Positions 50,991-64,000 of a stretch of 64,000 nucleotides of DNA are shown in pieces. The position numbers and the translations under genes were made by a program. Numbering within the stretch: position 1 is the first letter of the stretch; each line of letters begins with the position of its first letter. The stretch covers positions 89,840,001 through 89,904,000 of the forward strand of contig NC_086097.1 of assembly GCF_963921235.1 (NCBI RefSeq), read 5' to 3'. This stretch comes from Mobula hypostoma. Lineage: Eukaryota. Below the pieces are notes generated by a model, which was not told the origin of the DNA, searched no databases, and saw only the letters and a list, made by a program, of their open reading frames with translations.

Positions 50991-51879
50991 AAATCTAAGT
51001 GGGCAGCCTTTGACACATTCCTAAAACCTGCTCCAATGCATGTATCATCCTTCAACAACAGAGCACAACTGATGCCTACTTCTTACAGATCATGGAGAGA
51101 ATGGGAAAGGAGAGAGAAATTGAATAGGCAGAGAGTGAGAAATAATAAAGGGAGGAAGAGCAGAGGGGAAGGCATGAGGAATGAAGTGGAGAGAAAAATG
51201 CACATTTAAAGAAAGGTGTTAAGAAATGGAGAGAATGAGATAGCAAAAGAGGTGGAAAGCCTCAGGAGGGAAAGGAAAAGATGAAAGATGGAACCATCAT
51301 AAAAAGATGGGGAATGTTTAACTGAAAAGATAGCGTGAGATTAAACATTTTGGATGAAGCATTAATTGCAACTGGCAGGCCATGATGACAGGATCAGATA
51401 AGGACTAAAGCTTCCTGCACACCAACCCACATCCCACTAATTAAAATGTCTGGAGCCTTTCATTAGCCCTTTCCTCCTTTTACTTCTCTAGAAAACATTG
51501 TGATCTATTTGGAAAAAAAACAATAGGCAGATATTATTTAAGTATAACAGAGAGGGAGAGACTGCAAGGAGCAAAAAGCCTGTACAGTTTACCTGAACCT
51601 GAAATGAGGCCAGAAAAATTATACCAAATACAGATTTCATTTCACTTGGCTGATCATAGAACCAGTCATCTATCTAAGCAATAGGTTAACAATGCAAACA
51701 TGACAGAAAGGAATGACCTATTGTAGGTATCTGGGATTAGCTGTGATGGGTCTAACTCCTGGTATGGGTGTGGTGAGCAGTATAGCTCCATGATTTTTCT
51801 GTTTGATTACAAACCAAGGCCTGGTCATCACTTGGCACATTTGTAGAGACTGGTATTACTATTAGGAACGAGCTTCCAG

Positions 51880-52370
51880 TATTATTGAAGTAATATATTG
51901 GCCCAATTGGTGTTGTGATTTAAAAAATAATGTAGCCAATTTGTAAACCATAGATTCCACAAAACAGGAGAGCAACAGTGGCTTGAAACTCTGGTTTTCA
52001 TTGATGTTTTCAGAAGGATAATGTGTATTGTAGCCATGATATCAGGTGTATGTATATATTTACTGCGGTTGGATAGATTTTTTGCATAGTAGGGGAATTA
52101 AGGGCTATGGGGAAAAGGCAGGTAGGTGGAGATGAGTCCATGGCCAGATCAGCCATGATCTTATTGAATGGCGGAGCAGGACTGATGGGCCAGATAGTCT
52201 ACTCCTGCTCCTATTTCATGTTCTTATGTATACCTCCTCCAAAAGTGTCATGGGATCTCTTCAGTCCCAGAGAGTAAGCATGGGCCCAGTTTAAGACTTC
52301 ATCTGAAAGGTGGTTCCTCTGCCAGCTGTCCCATAGTATTGTACTGGCATTCTGAGTGCAGTTTCTCTGA
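51880..52370 (-). mobile_element. Ancient Deu-domain SINE interrupted by a young CR1 3' end (about 52060-52230, +)
   Basis: GTAGCCAATTTG..., AAAGTGTCATGGGATCT, GTTTAAGACTTCATCTGAAAG; CR1 tail TACTCCTGCTCCTATTTCATGTTCTTATG. Confidence 0.6.
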
Positions 52371-55300
52371 AGTAGATCCAGACTGACCATCTTTACTGGA
52401 CGTTGTTATTGTTTTACATTGCTCTACCTTAAGGAACTGTGCAGTGATCTGATCTGTACAAACAGTATGGAGGGAAAGCTTTTCACTGTGTCTTGGTACA
52501 TGTCAATAATAAACCAATTCCAGTCCCGCAATCTGACTATAAAGCCATCGAGATCGTCTGGCTGTGCAGAAGTGCTGAGCATCCTGGAGCCTTATTTAGT
52601 GAGGTATTCATGATTATTAAGAAACATTTTTTCCTTAAACCTCATACTAAAATAAGCAAATTGATGCTTTTCTCATGTGAAAGTGTCGCAAAAGCAGAAT
52701 GGCAGAAGGACTGAAAAGACAGTAAAAGAGAAACAACGATGAGAGAAAATATGGGTGGAATGGGGTCCATCATAAACTCAGCCGTCTTTCTTCCAAATTC
52801 GCTTGTAAGCTGTCTCAATTTAGAAATTCTTTTGTGTAGCACAGCTTCATTTTTGTGGGTTCATCTTGAAGGGATATGGTCAAAATTCTGGGGAGTGTTG
52901 ACTTAATATTTGGCTCTGGTAGGATGTCAGTGGTTTTTGGTCCTCATGTGTATAACGTGCCCAATAGTGTTACAACTTCTACCTTTCCTGTGATGCAGAA
53001 ACCTGTCCAAGACGCAGCCCTCTCACGCAGAAGCAGGCAGTTGCAATTACAGTGTGACCATAATAGGAATATGCTTGCTAACTCTGTAACTGTGGGCTTT
53101 AGTGTGTGGATCCCCTTAAAAATAGATTACCTTTCAGATTTGTACCTACCCTTCATTCCCAGCCAACACTCCCTCACTGCTAGTTCTCCTTCATGATCAG
53201 GTTACAACTTCCCCTTAGGAAATCCACAACTTCCACTCCCAGTGTCCAACTCTTCCCAGCAGATGCCTCAACATGTCCCTCAAGATCAGTCCCCACATAA
53301 CTGCAACTCCCACAATCCCAATTACTAATTACGTATCCTTGGGCATCTCTTACCCGAAACCCCCCTCCCACCCTGCGACCCACCTTTATTACGTGACCAG
53401 CACCACAACAGAGCTAATGGTGTGCATGTGCAGCCCCAGACTGATTTTCTTGTACACGTTGCTCTGGCCTTGGGCTTGATAGGACATTGTAGAGGGCAGG
53501 TCCACAGGCAGGTGTCACTGGTGTGGAAGTATTTTCAGGATTTTATGTCTTAGCTTCTCCATTGATGCTTTTGAGACTAACTTTTGTACAAATCCAACTG
53601 TGTATATTTGATCTCATTTCAGTCTGTGCATGTAAAGTTTTGCACAAGGACTAGAAGGTGAAAGGATTGCTCCAAACTGTACATCCATTTACCAGAGAAT
53701 ACTGCTCACTGCGCGCTTTGTTTTTTAAGTGCGGGTGCCATTGCTGGTTTCAGCAAACTGCGGTCTTACATCAAATGCTTGAATATCATTATATGTTCTT
53801 ACACAAATATATATTTTGAAAATATGGTACATCATGGAGCCACCTTTTAGCAAAACATTCTTGCCAGCGCTTTTCCCCGTTCTAGCTCATAAGAGAAAAC
53901 CAACCTTGTCACTTGATCTTTACCTTCCTGGGAGTTAACAGTGCCCCAGGAGGCTGCAATCAAATCCTTAACTATTAAGGTCTAGCTCTGCTAACATGTA
54001 GAAACATACTAAAGGACTCACTGCATAAAGCCTGTAGATTCTTAATGCTGTGATGCAGGGAGAGTCCGCATGGGTAAACTCTACATTAGTGACTGGGTGT
54101 AATTGAACACACCAGATTGATTGGCACAACATATATGTTTACCATCATGTGTGGTATCGGTCTGAAAATGGTCAAACCAAATCGGGAAAGGTTGGATAGC
54201 CAGAATTTCCAAGCTGCAACAGCATTTGCTGTGCCATCTGTACTCTAACTGTTTACAACCTAGGTATCTGATCCCAGAATTTGGAAACAAGATTGATCTA
54301 TGAACCTGGTGTAGTCATACTCAGCTCAGAGTGTAAGCTTACATGGAGAATGGGATCATGGCTATACTGGATGTGATAAAGAGGGCCAGCTACATCAAAT
54401 GGGAACAAGTCCATGATCACTCACACTACCTATATTTGCCCACTGGGTCCAGTACTTATATGAGTCATTGAGTGTCACTCTACACTCTCCTTTCAAAAGA
54501 GCACCTAAACGTGGTCACTGGCATTGGCCAGACGTTGGTGGGCTGCTATTAGAAATGGGATGCTTAAGGTTGCTATGCTGTTGGTAATCTGGGCCCATTT
54601 AAAGGAGTGGTCACAAAGATGGCTGGGATGTCAAGATATGCACGGATCAAACCAAAAGACAGAAAATATGTCATGCATGTCGTGTGACTCTAACCCAGGG
54701 CAGAACCCAAATCATTGTTGAAGATTCCAATTATTCCTGCAGTGATGGGCAAGTTCAGAGCTTGTGCATTATTGACTTCTTCAAGTGTCATGCAAAGACT
54801 GCCTTGAGCATAACCTCATTTCAGTAAACAACTTCTGATCAGTTTTCAATAGTTATTGGGAATGGGCAAAGCCTTGCAGTGTTGGGTTTCATCTCCAAGA
54901 ATCAGGATTACTGTGGGTGTAGAAATGACCACCATTCAAGATTTTGTAAGAAGTGGAGTGATTAGAGGAGCTATGGCTCTAAGTGCTCCAGACTTTTCTC
55001 AACAACTTTAAAAATTAATCAAGTGGGTCATGATTTTGTGTTGCTGATCTTAGCTGTAAAATGCCTTGGCCAGGGAGGAAAGCTTCAAAACTTTAAGCTC
55101 CCAGCAGTTCTAACACAATGGTCTCCAGAAGTGACTGATGAATGAGGCTTGTTTATGATGTCATATCTAACCATATCGAAGACCCATTGGAAAAATTGGC
55201 CAAAACATCTATCCCTAATAATAAAAAAAACATTCAGCAAAGAAGAGAACCCGATGCAAAGAGGAAACATCTCTTAATGAAGACTTTGAACTGAGAGTTA

Positions 55301-56494
55301 GTCAAACCAGAATCTCCCTGGAAGCTACACTTGAGATTAGTGACAGGGTTTGATTGTTCTGGCAATCAGATTCCAACTCTGTGATGAATGAAAGTTGATA
55401 GGTTCACTCTTTAACCCAAATACTTGCAGCCAGATACATTCTGTAGCACCATCAAACCCAACAAGGGAGAGGGTGAACAACCAGGGAAGAATGCGCAATT
55501 CCTGACTGTTCAGTCCTTGAAGGAACCTTTGATTATCATTCTTTCTCTTCTGTCCATCAAACATGATTAAAACAAATTTTAATAAAACAATTATTGCTGT
55601 GCAATATTTTTCATTTCCATCCAGAAGCTAATTAAGTTTTCAAGGGAAAAAGAGAGGAAAGCTCTCAATAATGGAGATTCTGTTCTGGACAGTCTATGAC
55701 TACTGGCCTGCCAGAATGAGGATGCTTCAGGTTTGAATGTCAAGAGAGCTTTAACTTCAAAAGTGACCATAACACAGAATCCTAAATTAACCATTGACAA
55801 GTGAAGTTTTCAGCAGGATCAGAGGAGACGGTGGTGTCTGTGTACCAGTGGGCAGTAACATTTAAGCACTGCATCCTTAACCCCTTTAGTGAGAACAGTT
55901 CTCAAGGACATTTCCTTTGTTAGGTCTTACAAGATGGTGAGTTGGAGGGTGCTGGTGATGGTGGGTGTGGGCCCTGGAACTGGAGGTGGGTGGGGGGGAA
56001 GATGGTGGAGAACAGAAACAAAACATAGATTAAGCCTCAAAGGGATTACACATCAGTGAATCCAGCTGCTTCACCGAAGAACTAAAAACTCTTTGGTACG
56101 ACTTTGATGGATTGGTGTAAGGCGCCTCGAAAATTTGTTCCTCACTGTCACGCTTGTTGGTGCTTTCTATTGTCGATGTTAAAACTGAGGCTGGGAAGGA
56201 ACTGAGAGAACGGAGCACAATGTTCTTTGCCACCCTCAGAGGCATCTCATCAGGAGCCCGGCTCTTGAAGGAAGAGGCACTGCTGGCAGGTGAAGAGCAC
56301 GTATTGCTGAACAGTGCTTAGTGGAGATCAGTGGTAAATAATGCAGTATTTCCACACTATGTTTATATATAATATAAAGAAACACCATCCGACCAGCGGT
56401 GTGCATCTTCAAACCCGTGCTTTTTGTTCTCTTGTTTAGTGCCATTCGCAGTACGTTCCAACAGTTGGTTTCTTCAGCGGAGGGGGAATGCCGT

Positions 56495-56614
56495 TCAACC
56501 TCGCCGTTGACCTGCAGCCTCCACGTTCTCGTCTGGATCAAAGATTAAGGCAAAGATGAGAACCAGGAGCCTCCACCAGAATGGCTGGTCAGCACGATTT
56601 TCATTTCTGTTCCT
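56495..56614 (-). CDS. Possible coding start of the terminal exon (frame unknown)
   Basis: After the acceptor, the three frames give RNRNENRADQPFWWRLLVLIFALIFDPDENVEAAGQRRG*, GTEMKIVLTSHSGGGSWFSSLP* or EQK*; none recognised. Confidence 0.2.
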   Translation of the reverse strand, partial: RNRNENRADQPFWWRLLVLIFALIFDPDENVEAAGQRRG

Positions 56615-56699
56615 CTGTGGAAGAAGAAGAGACCTCTTTATGAGAAAGTTTAGAACATTTCACAAGACTAAATAGTTCAACGTATAATAACATAAGCAG

Positions 56700-57520
56700 A
56701 CTGATGAAAAAGGCTTTTGCAGTGCTGGCCTTGATCAGTCATGGAATTGGGTATAGAACTTGGGATGTTATGTTGCAGTTTTACAAGACGGTGTTAAGGC
56801 CACATTTGCAATATTGTGTTCCAGTTTTTAAGGAAGATGTCATTATGCTGGAAAAAGTTCAGAGAAAATTTATGAAGATGTTGCTGGGAGGCAGGTGAGT
56901 GAGTTATGGAGCAGGTTACGACTGTTTTCATCGGAGCGTGGTGATAATCTTATCGAAGTGTATAAAATCCTGAGGATCATAGGCAGAGTGAATGCACACT
57001 GCCTTTTTCTCAGGGTTGAGAATCAGGAACTAGAGGTCCTAGGTTAATGGGAGAAGGAAGAGATTTAACAGGAGCCCGAGGAGTAAGTTTTCACCCACAA
57101 GGTGCTCTCTATATGGAATGAACTGCCAGACGAAGTGGCTGAGGTAGGTACAATAATAACATTTAAAATGTACAAGGACAGGTGGATAATATGGGAGGTT
57201 TAGATTAGAGTCAAATGCGAACAAATGGGACTAGCTTAACTGGGGATCTTGGTTATCACAGACTTGTTGGGCTGAAGGGCCTTATCCTGTGTATGACTCT
57301 ATTAACAAAAATAGGAGCAGGAGTAGACCATTCATCCCCTCAGACCTACCTCACTATTCAAATGGTCATGCTGATCTGCCCCAGGTATCCTATGCCAATT
57401 CTCCACAGTCCCCATTTCCCTGAACTTCTAAAAAATCATCTATTTCCCCTTTAATTAATGCCTTGATTAGCTTTCATGATCTTCTGGAGTAGAAAATTTC
57501 AGAGGCTCTCTGTGCTCTGT
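56700..57520. mobile_element. Two tail-to-tail CR1 3' fragments
   Basis: KKAFAVLALISHGIGYRTWDVMLQFYK (+) to about 57300; ATAGGAGCAGGAGTAGACCATT (-) from 57310. Confidence 0.75.
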
Positions 57521-58169
57521 GCGAATTTGCCGGGGTTTTAAAGTGTTCACATATGCTTGAAAGCAACATGGCATTTTGGATTTTTGACACTGCTTCAGTT
57601 TAAGAAAAACCCAATTACGAGAGGCATCTGATGACCTAGGGGTAGGATTGAGGAGGAGATGGTCATAGGAAGGTCGGAATGGACATTAGTTGATGATCTT
57701 TCACCATATGGCACAGCTGATCCTCGGCTTGCAAGGAGCACTGATGTCTAAACCCTATTTCTGCATGCACCTATAGCTTACGCATCTCTAGTCACACACA
57801 TATACACCCACACACACAGACACCACACCCATAATATCCAGATTTATATTTCCACACCTCACATCCATATAACCATGCTCCTCCATCCATCTCAATCTCC
57901 ATGTACTCTCCTTATTCCACCTACAATTGGATAGAGTCCAAGTTTATCCAATGCTTCAAGTCCACCTTACACCTATGAATTGCTACCACCCTTCATCCCT
58001 CATTCACACCAAATGACCATACCTCAATGTCTACTCCACACACATCTACAACCATAACCCAACTGCCATGTGCATCTCACTGCCCTTCATCCTTCTGACT
58101 CAAGCCTTTACTTCCTCGCCTACATGTACCCACCCTACCTACACCCAGGTATACATTCAGAAGTAGGTA

Positions 58170-58500
58170 AAGCTGCTTCCGCAGAGCTTCAGTGACCCGA
58201 GTCCATTTCTGACCTCCGGTGCCGTCAGTGTGTGGAGTTAGCAAGTTCTCCCTGAGACCATGGGGGGTCCACCACCCCCCACCCTCCCCACCAAGTGCTC
58301 TGTTTTCTTCCATGTCCTAGAGAGATGCAGATTGTAAGATAAATAACCACTGTTAAATTGCCCCTAATGTGTGGGTGGCTCATGGAATCTGGGCGGGGCA
58401 TGGGAATTTGGGGGCAATAAAATGGGATTAGTGTAAATGGGTGGTTGATGGTCAGCACGGACTTGATGGGTTGAAGGGCCTTGTTCCCTGCTAGACCACT
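58170..58500 (+). mobile_element. HE1/V-SINE-like SINE
   Basis: GTGTGTGGAGTTAGCAAGTTCTCCC core, TAAATTGCCCCTAATGTG, tail GATGGGTTGAAGGGCC; an inverted relative lies at 59320-59630. Confidence 0.7.
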
Positions 58501-59689
58501 TTACATAGACACCCCATCCCCTAAAAGGCATATGAACAGGCATCCATGCAAGTGTTTGAACCTACACCCCTTCATACAAGCACTGTCGTGAAAAATTACA
58601 ATCATGCATCAATTTGCCAACAGCTTAGCTACCTGGAGAGACATTAGAACCTGTAAGTTCATAAATGTTAAAGAGCATACTCTTGGATGTTTACAAAATT
58701 ATAAGGAATTAAAGAGAAAGGAGAAGCTCTTGCCACATGCGCAAGTGGCAATAATCAGAGGGCCTGGATTTAAGTTGAATCGCAAAGGAAGCGGTGTGAA
58801 TGTGAGGAGATTTTTATCTTGTTTTGCCTCCTATTGTTGTGAGCTGGAATCCACCATCACAATCATATTCAGCAATGACTTCGAAAGTGCATTTGGAAAG
58901 GAAAAGGAAAGTTTAGGTGGGCCGTGGAGCATGAGCAGTGGAGAAAAACTGATCAGGAAACTCTTTTCAAACAGTAACGCAGTGCTAAGCAACCACCTCT
59001 ACACTTTATCACTCTGCGTTAATTCTTGTTCGCACAGCACTTGGACTGTGGCTGAGCATTCCCCAGAGTTAAACCATGATAGTGTTACAAAACATTCACT
59101 AGTCAAAACAAACTTCAGCATTGTTCATATCCACAGGAAAAACACTCTGGAGAGCGTGGCCCTGTTAAGACCAAGTCGCAGCTGAGCTGGTGTTGTTGGC
59201 ACTGGGCTACAAAGACTCAGTGCTTCAACTGAGGTTAGGTGCACGCTTGAGATCTGATCACATGACTTCCTGGGAAACTTTGCTGCCATTGGTCCATTCT
59301 CACCAGATTCTCCGTCACTCACAGAGTCATACAGTATGGAAACAAGTTTTTCAGCCCACTGAGTCCAGGGCAACTATCAATCTCCCATTTACATTAACAC
59401 CATCGTTAGTACTATCTGTTATTCGTACCCATCAACTCACCCCTCCACCCACTGATAACGCCAGTCACCTACACAGTAGGGGCAACTTACATTTGGCAAT
59501 TAGTCTCCCAACTTGCACAGCTTTGTGATGTGGAAGGATACCTAGAAGAAACCTACACAATCACAGGGAGAACATGCACACTCCACACAGGCAGCACCAG
59601 GGGTCAGATTTGAATATAGTTGCTGTAGGTTTCACTACATCATTCCCATCCCCACCATTACTGTACTGTTACATATTTCAATGGACAGG

Positions 59690-62250
59690 ATTATGGGGTA
59701 AATATTGGAAGCTCGAAACAAATCTCTTGGTCTTTCCCTACATGAGTATCGACAGGTTTGTGATTTTCGGGTGTCTGCTCTTGTTTGCAAAATTGCCACG
59801 TGTGCTGATAGATGGAGTCCAGAGAGGGAATATAGAGTTCAACACATTCTATGTGGCATTGGATGAACTATCCTGGGTCTCAATTCCTCTTTTGTGTCAG
59901 TACCCAGAGACCTTTAATAACTCCCACAGCCTATGATGACCCTATGATTTCAATCTCTGAGACCATCTTTCAGGAGGGTGAACGCACAGAAAGCATGCAG
60001 TCCAGATGGGGCACCTGGCCAAAACTTGTCCTGATCAACTGTCTGGAGTGTTCACCGACATCTTTAACCTCTCGCTTCAGCAGTCTGACAGATACACCTG
60101 CTTCAAGCAGGCTGTAATTATACCAGTGTTTGAGAAAAACATGGTGACCTGCCTCAGTGACTATCATCCAGTAGCAATTACACCCACTGTGATCAAGTGC
60201 TCTGAGAGGTTGGTGATGAAATGTATTGACTCTTGCCTGAAAAGAGACTTGAATCTGCTCCAATTTGCCTACCGGTGCAACAGATCCACACCAAACGCCC
60301 TTTCATTGGCTCTTCACTCAACCCTGGAACATCTGGACAGCAAAGATGAATAGTTCAGAATGCTCTTTATCGACTACAGCTCAGTATTCAACACTCGTCC
60401 TCTCAAAGATAATCAATAAGCTCCAAGACCGTGGCCTCAATACCTCCCAATGCAATTAGGTCCTCAATTTCCTCACTTGTAGACCTCAGTCACTTTGGAT
60501 TCGTAACAAGATCTCTACAATCTCCATCAGCACAGGTGCACCACAAGGCTGTGTGCTTAGCACCAAGCTCTACTCACTTTATACTTATGACTGTGAGGCT
60601 AAGCACAGCTCCAATGCCATATTCATAGAACCATAGAAACTACAGCACAGAAACAGGTCCTTTGGCCCTTCTTGGCTGTGCTGAACCATTTTCTGCCTAG
60701 TCCCACTGACCTGCACACGGACCATATCCCTCCATACACCTCCCATCCATGTATCTGTCCAATTTATTCTTAAATGTTAAAAAAGAACCCGCATTTACCA
60801 CCTCGTCTGGCAGCTCATTCCATACTCCCACCACTCTCTGTGTGAAGAAGCCCCCCCTAATGTTCCCTTTAAACTTTTCCCCCCTCACCCTTAACCCATG
60901 TCCTCTGGTTTTTTTCTCCCCTTGCCTCAGTGGAAAAAGCCTGCTTGCATTCACTCTATCTATACCCATCAAAATTTTATATACCTCTATCAAATCTCCC
61001 CTCATTCTTCTACGCTCCAGGGAATAAAGTCCTAACCTATTCAACATTTCTCTGTAACTGAGTTTCTCAAGTCCCAACAACATCCTTGTAAACCTTCTCT
61101 GCACTCTTTCAACCTTATTTATATCCTTCCTGTAATTTGGTGACCAAAACTGAACACAATACTCCAGATTCGGCCTCACCAATGCCTTATACAACCTCAT
61201 CATAACATTCCAGCTCTTATACTCAATACTTCGATTAATAAAGGCCAATGTACCAAAAGCTCTCTTTACGACCCTATCTACCTGTGACGACACTTTTAGG
61301 GAATTCTGTATCTGTATTCCCAGATCCCTCTGTTCCACTGCACTCCTCAGTGCCTTACCATTAACCCTGTATGTTCTATGTTGGTTTGTCCTTCCAACGT
61401 GCAATACCTCACACTTGTCAGTATTAAACTTCATCTGTCATTTTTCAGCCCATTTTTCCAGCTGGTCCAAGTCCCTCTGCAGGCTCTGAAAACCTTCCTC
61501 ACTGTCTACTACTCCTCCAATCTTTGTATCATCAACAAACTTGCTGATCCAATTTACCACATTATCATCCAGATCATTGATATAGATAACAAATAACAAT
61601 GGACCCAGCACTGATCCCTGTGGCACACCACTAGTCACAGGCCTCCACTCAGAGAAGCAATTCTCTACCACCACTCTCTGGCTTCTTCCATCGAGCCAAT
61701 GTCTAATCCAATTTACCACCTCTCCATGTATACCTAGCGACTGAATTTTCCTAACTAACCTCCCATGCGGGACCTTGTCAAAGGCCTTACTGAAGTCCAT
61801 GTAGACAATATCCACTGCCTTCCCTTCATCCACTTTCCTGGTAACCTCCTCGAAAAACTCCAACAGATTGGTCAAACATGACCTACCACGCACAAAGCCA
61901 TGTTGACTCTCCCTAATAAGCCTGATATTTGCTGATATCACCACTGTCAATGACACCCCATCACTGACCTGCTCCCACAACCTATGGTCTCACTTTCAAG
62001 TATTCTTCATCTCATGTTCTCAATATTTATTGTTTATTTATTTATTTATTATTATTTCCTTTTTTTTTATTTGTATTTGCACAAATTTTGTTGTCTCTTG
62101 TACTGTCGTTGTTTGCCCTGTTGGGTACGGTCTTTCATTGATTCCATTATGTTTCTCGGATTTACTAAGTATGCACACAAGAAAGTGAACCTCAGTGTTG
62201 TATATGGTGACATATATGTACTTTTATAATAAATTTACTTTGAACCTCAA
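59690..62250 (+). mobile_element. Rex1/Babar-like LINE fragment split by a CR1
   Basis: QLSGVFTDIFNLSL...DYHPVAITP...LQFAYR; GAPQGCVL; resumes TTTGCTGATATCACCACTGT at 61928; tail AATAAATTTACTTTGAAC at 62228. Confidence 0.85.
60626..61924 (-). pseudogene. Young CR1 ORF2 3' fragment with a single in-frame stop
   Basis: ORFs 61438-61980 and 60697-61434 are in frame, separated by TGA where W is expected (LEKWAEK*QMKFN); FVDD replaces FADD. Confidence 0.92.
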
Positions 62251-63247
62251 TTCCCTGAACTTTCAGAAACGTGTCCACTTCCTCTTTAAATACCTCAGAT
62301 GAACTAGCATCCATAATCCTCTGGAGCAGGAACTTCCAAAGAATCACTGGCATCTCTTTACCATTGTCAGTGCCCCCTCCCGAGCCAACATACCCAGCAA
62401 TGAGGCCCTTAGTTATACTAGGTCAGTTACAATGGGAGGCCATACCATTCCCAGGTCCAACACGAGCCTTCCAAAACGGCTGTAACATCACAAGCTCTTC
62501 CACAGCTGGACAGGGGAAAAGATTCAAGGACGTGGTCAAAATGCCCTTGAAAAAATGCAGCCTCCCTAGTAGGTATGACCAACCCAAAGTTGCTCAAAGT
62601 GAAACACGATTATTAGGGATGGTATTGAGAATGAGAACATCAGAGCAAGGAGAGGGCCTGGATAAGCAGCAAATGAATGCCCCATCTGGATCTATCCCTT
62701 CACTTTATTTGTTTGCCTGCACTACACCTTCTCTGTAGCTGCTTCACAAAACTAGGCATTCTCATTTCTTTTGCCTTCAACAATGTACCTATGTATGATG
62801 ATGATCTGCCTGGACAAATCAAGGTTTCTCGCTGTCTTAGCACACGTGACCATAATAAATCAAATCTTCCACAAATAACAATTACATCTGGGGAAAGGGC
62901 TGTGATTCATACATTGGCCCAATTAATCTCCTCAGATCACATGAAACAGTAGTGGAAATGAGTCATCCTCAATCTCAAAAGTCTAAGATTATATCTAGCA
63001 AACAAAAATAAATAACTTTTAAAAATGTTATGCTAATTACTATTTATCCTCTTGCCAAAAAGAACTCAAATAATCTTTACAATTTCCCAAAGGACTCAAT
63101 TAGTGAAGGCTCCAGGATGATTAAGTACGTAGTCCTGCTGAATTCCAAGTTCTGCTCGAATTTCCGTTTTTCTGAAGTTGAAAGAACCAATGCAACTGAT
63201 CAAAAAGTCAGAATTCTGATTGCTTTAGGCGGTCTTATATCACCAGC

Positions 63248-63285
63248 TCAGTTCAGAGGTAATTCATTTAATGAATCGCTATTTA
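63248..63285 (-). CDS. Possible stop-containing exon start (..NSDSLNELPLN*)
   Basis: Acceptor CTTCTCTTTCTGCACAG at 63286-63302 in unique sequence; only a weak donor at 63128; no recognised homology. Confidence 0.2.
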
Positions 63286-63319
63286 CTGTGCAGAAAGAGA
63301 AGCTTGGATTCCTATCACA

Positions 63320-64000
63320 AACAAGAGAAATCTGCAGCTACTGGAAATCCCAGCAGCACACACAAAATGTTGGAGGAATTCAGCAGGCCAGGCAGCATCT
63401 AAGGAAAAGAGTAAACAGCCAATGTTTCGGACTAAGATACTTCATTGGGACTGCAGGAAGAAGATGAGGCCGGAGTAATAGGTGGAACTGGGAGAGGGGG
63501 AGGGGTTTGTAAAGAGCTAAGAAATTGATTTATGAAAGAGATAAAGGGCTGGAGAATGGGGCAATCTGATAAGGAAGGAACAGAAGGCTATGGAAGCAAG
63601 GGAAGGGGCAGGAGCACCAGAGGGAAGAAGATAAGATGAGAGGGAAATGGGAATGGAGGGGAGGGAGAGAGCAGCATTACCGGAAGTTCGAGAAATTGAT
63701 GTTCATGCCATCAGGTTGGAGGCTACCCAAATGGAATATAAGGTGTTGCCCCTTTGACCTGAGTGTGGCCTCATTGCAGCAGTAGAGGAGGCCACGGACT
63801 GACATGTTGGAATGGGAATGGGAAGTAGAATTAAAATGGGTGGTCACTGGGAGATCCCGCTTTATCTGGACTATAAATCTTCCCACCCTGTTACTCGTAA
63901 AAATGCCACTCCCTTCTCCCAATTCCTCCATCTTCGGTGCATTTACTCTCAGGATGAGGCTTTTCATTCCAGAACTAAGGAGATGTCATCCTTCTTCCAA
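63320..64000 (-). mobile_element. PLE 3' fragment with an inverted internal segment
   Basis: 63320-63872 is antisense to the tail and GIY-YIG C-terminus; 63878-64000 is sense and matches 17795-17915. Confidence 0.88.

Larger units (their letters stand above)
44310..56614 (-). other. Putative ~12.3 kb terminal exon / long 3'UTR of an unidentified minus-strand gene
   Basis: Acceptor TCTTCTTCTTCCACAG at 56615-56630; AATAAA at 44332-44337 followed by GU-rich TGTTGATGTCTTTGTCTTG; mostly unique, U-rich on minus, fewer young repeats. Confidence 0.5.

Noticed and set aside
58604..59185. 193-aa ORF
   Set aside because: Overlaps a decayed CR1-like 3' remnant; no domain or splice support
63030..63467. 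145-aa plus-strand ORF, and selenocysteine readthrough of minus-strand TGAs
   Set aside because: The ORF runs into a PLE tail; the readthrough peptide resembles no selenoprotein I recognise and no SECIS was identified

Overview
Eukaryotic, repeat-dominated vertebrate DNA. The repeat content (abundant CR1 LINEs, HE1/V-SINE-like and Deu-domain SINEs, Rex1-type LINEs, Penelope-like elements) suggests a cartilaginous fish, probably a ray; this is inference. The only long ORFs are transposon-derived: a 5'-truncated Penelope-like element (PLE; RT plus GIY-YIG, 16657-19069) with a minimal hammerhead ribozyme in its 3' tail, and a young 5'-truncated CR1 ORF2 (25441-27807). Also present are two solo LTRs with clean TSDs, a decayed Tc1, Tc1 5' fragments, Harbinger and hAT derivatives, and many nested insertions. 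About 44.3-56.6 kb looks like a ~12 kb minus-strand terminal exon (3'UTR) of an unidentified host gene. The most interesting observations are: the hammerhead-bearing PLE family and its short, often hairpin-forming derivatives with 13-14 bp duplications; one small copy with clustered A-to-G changes suggestive of ADAR editing before reverse transcription; and two near-identical inverted Tc1 fragments suggesting gene conversion or inverted duplication. I found no clearly new biological system. Boundaries of old repeats are approximate and were judged by eye.
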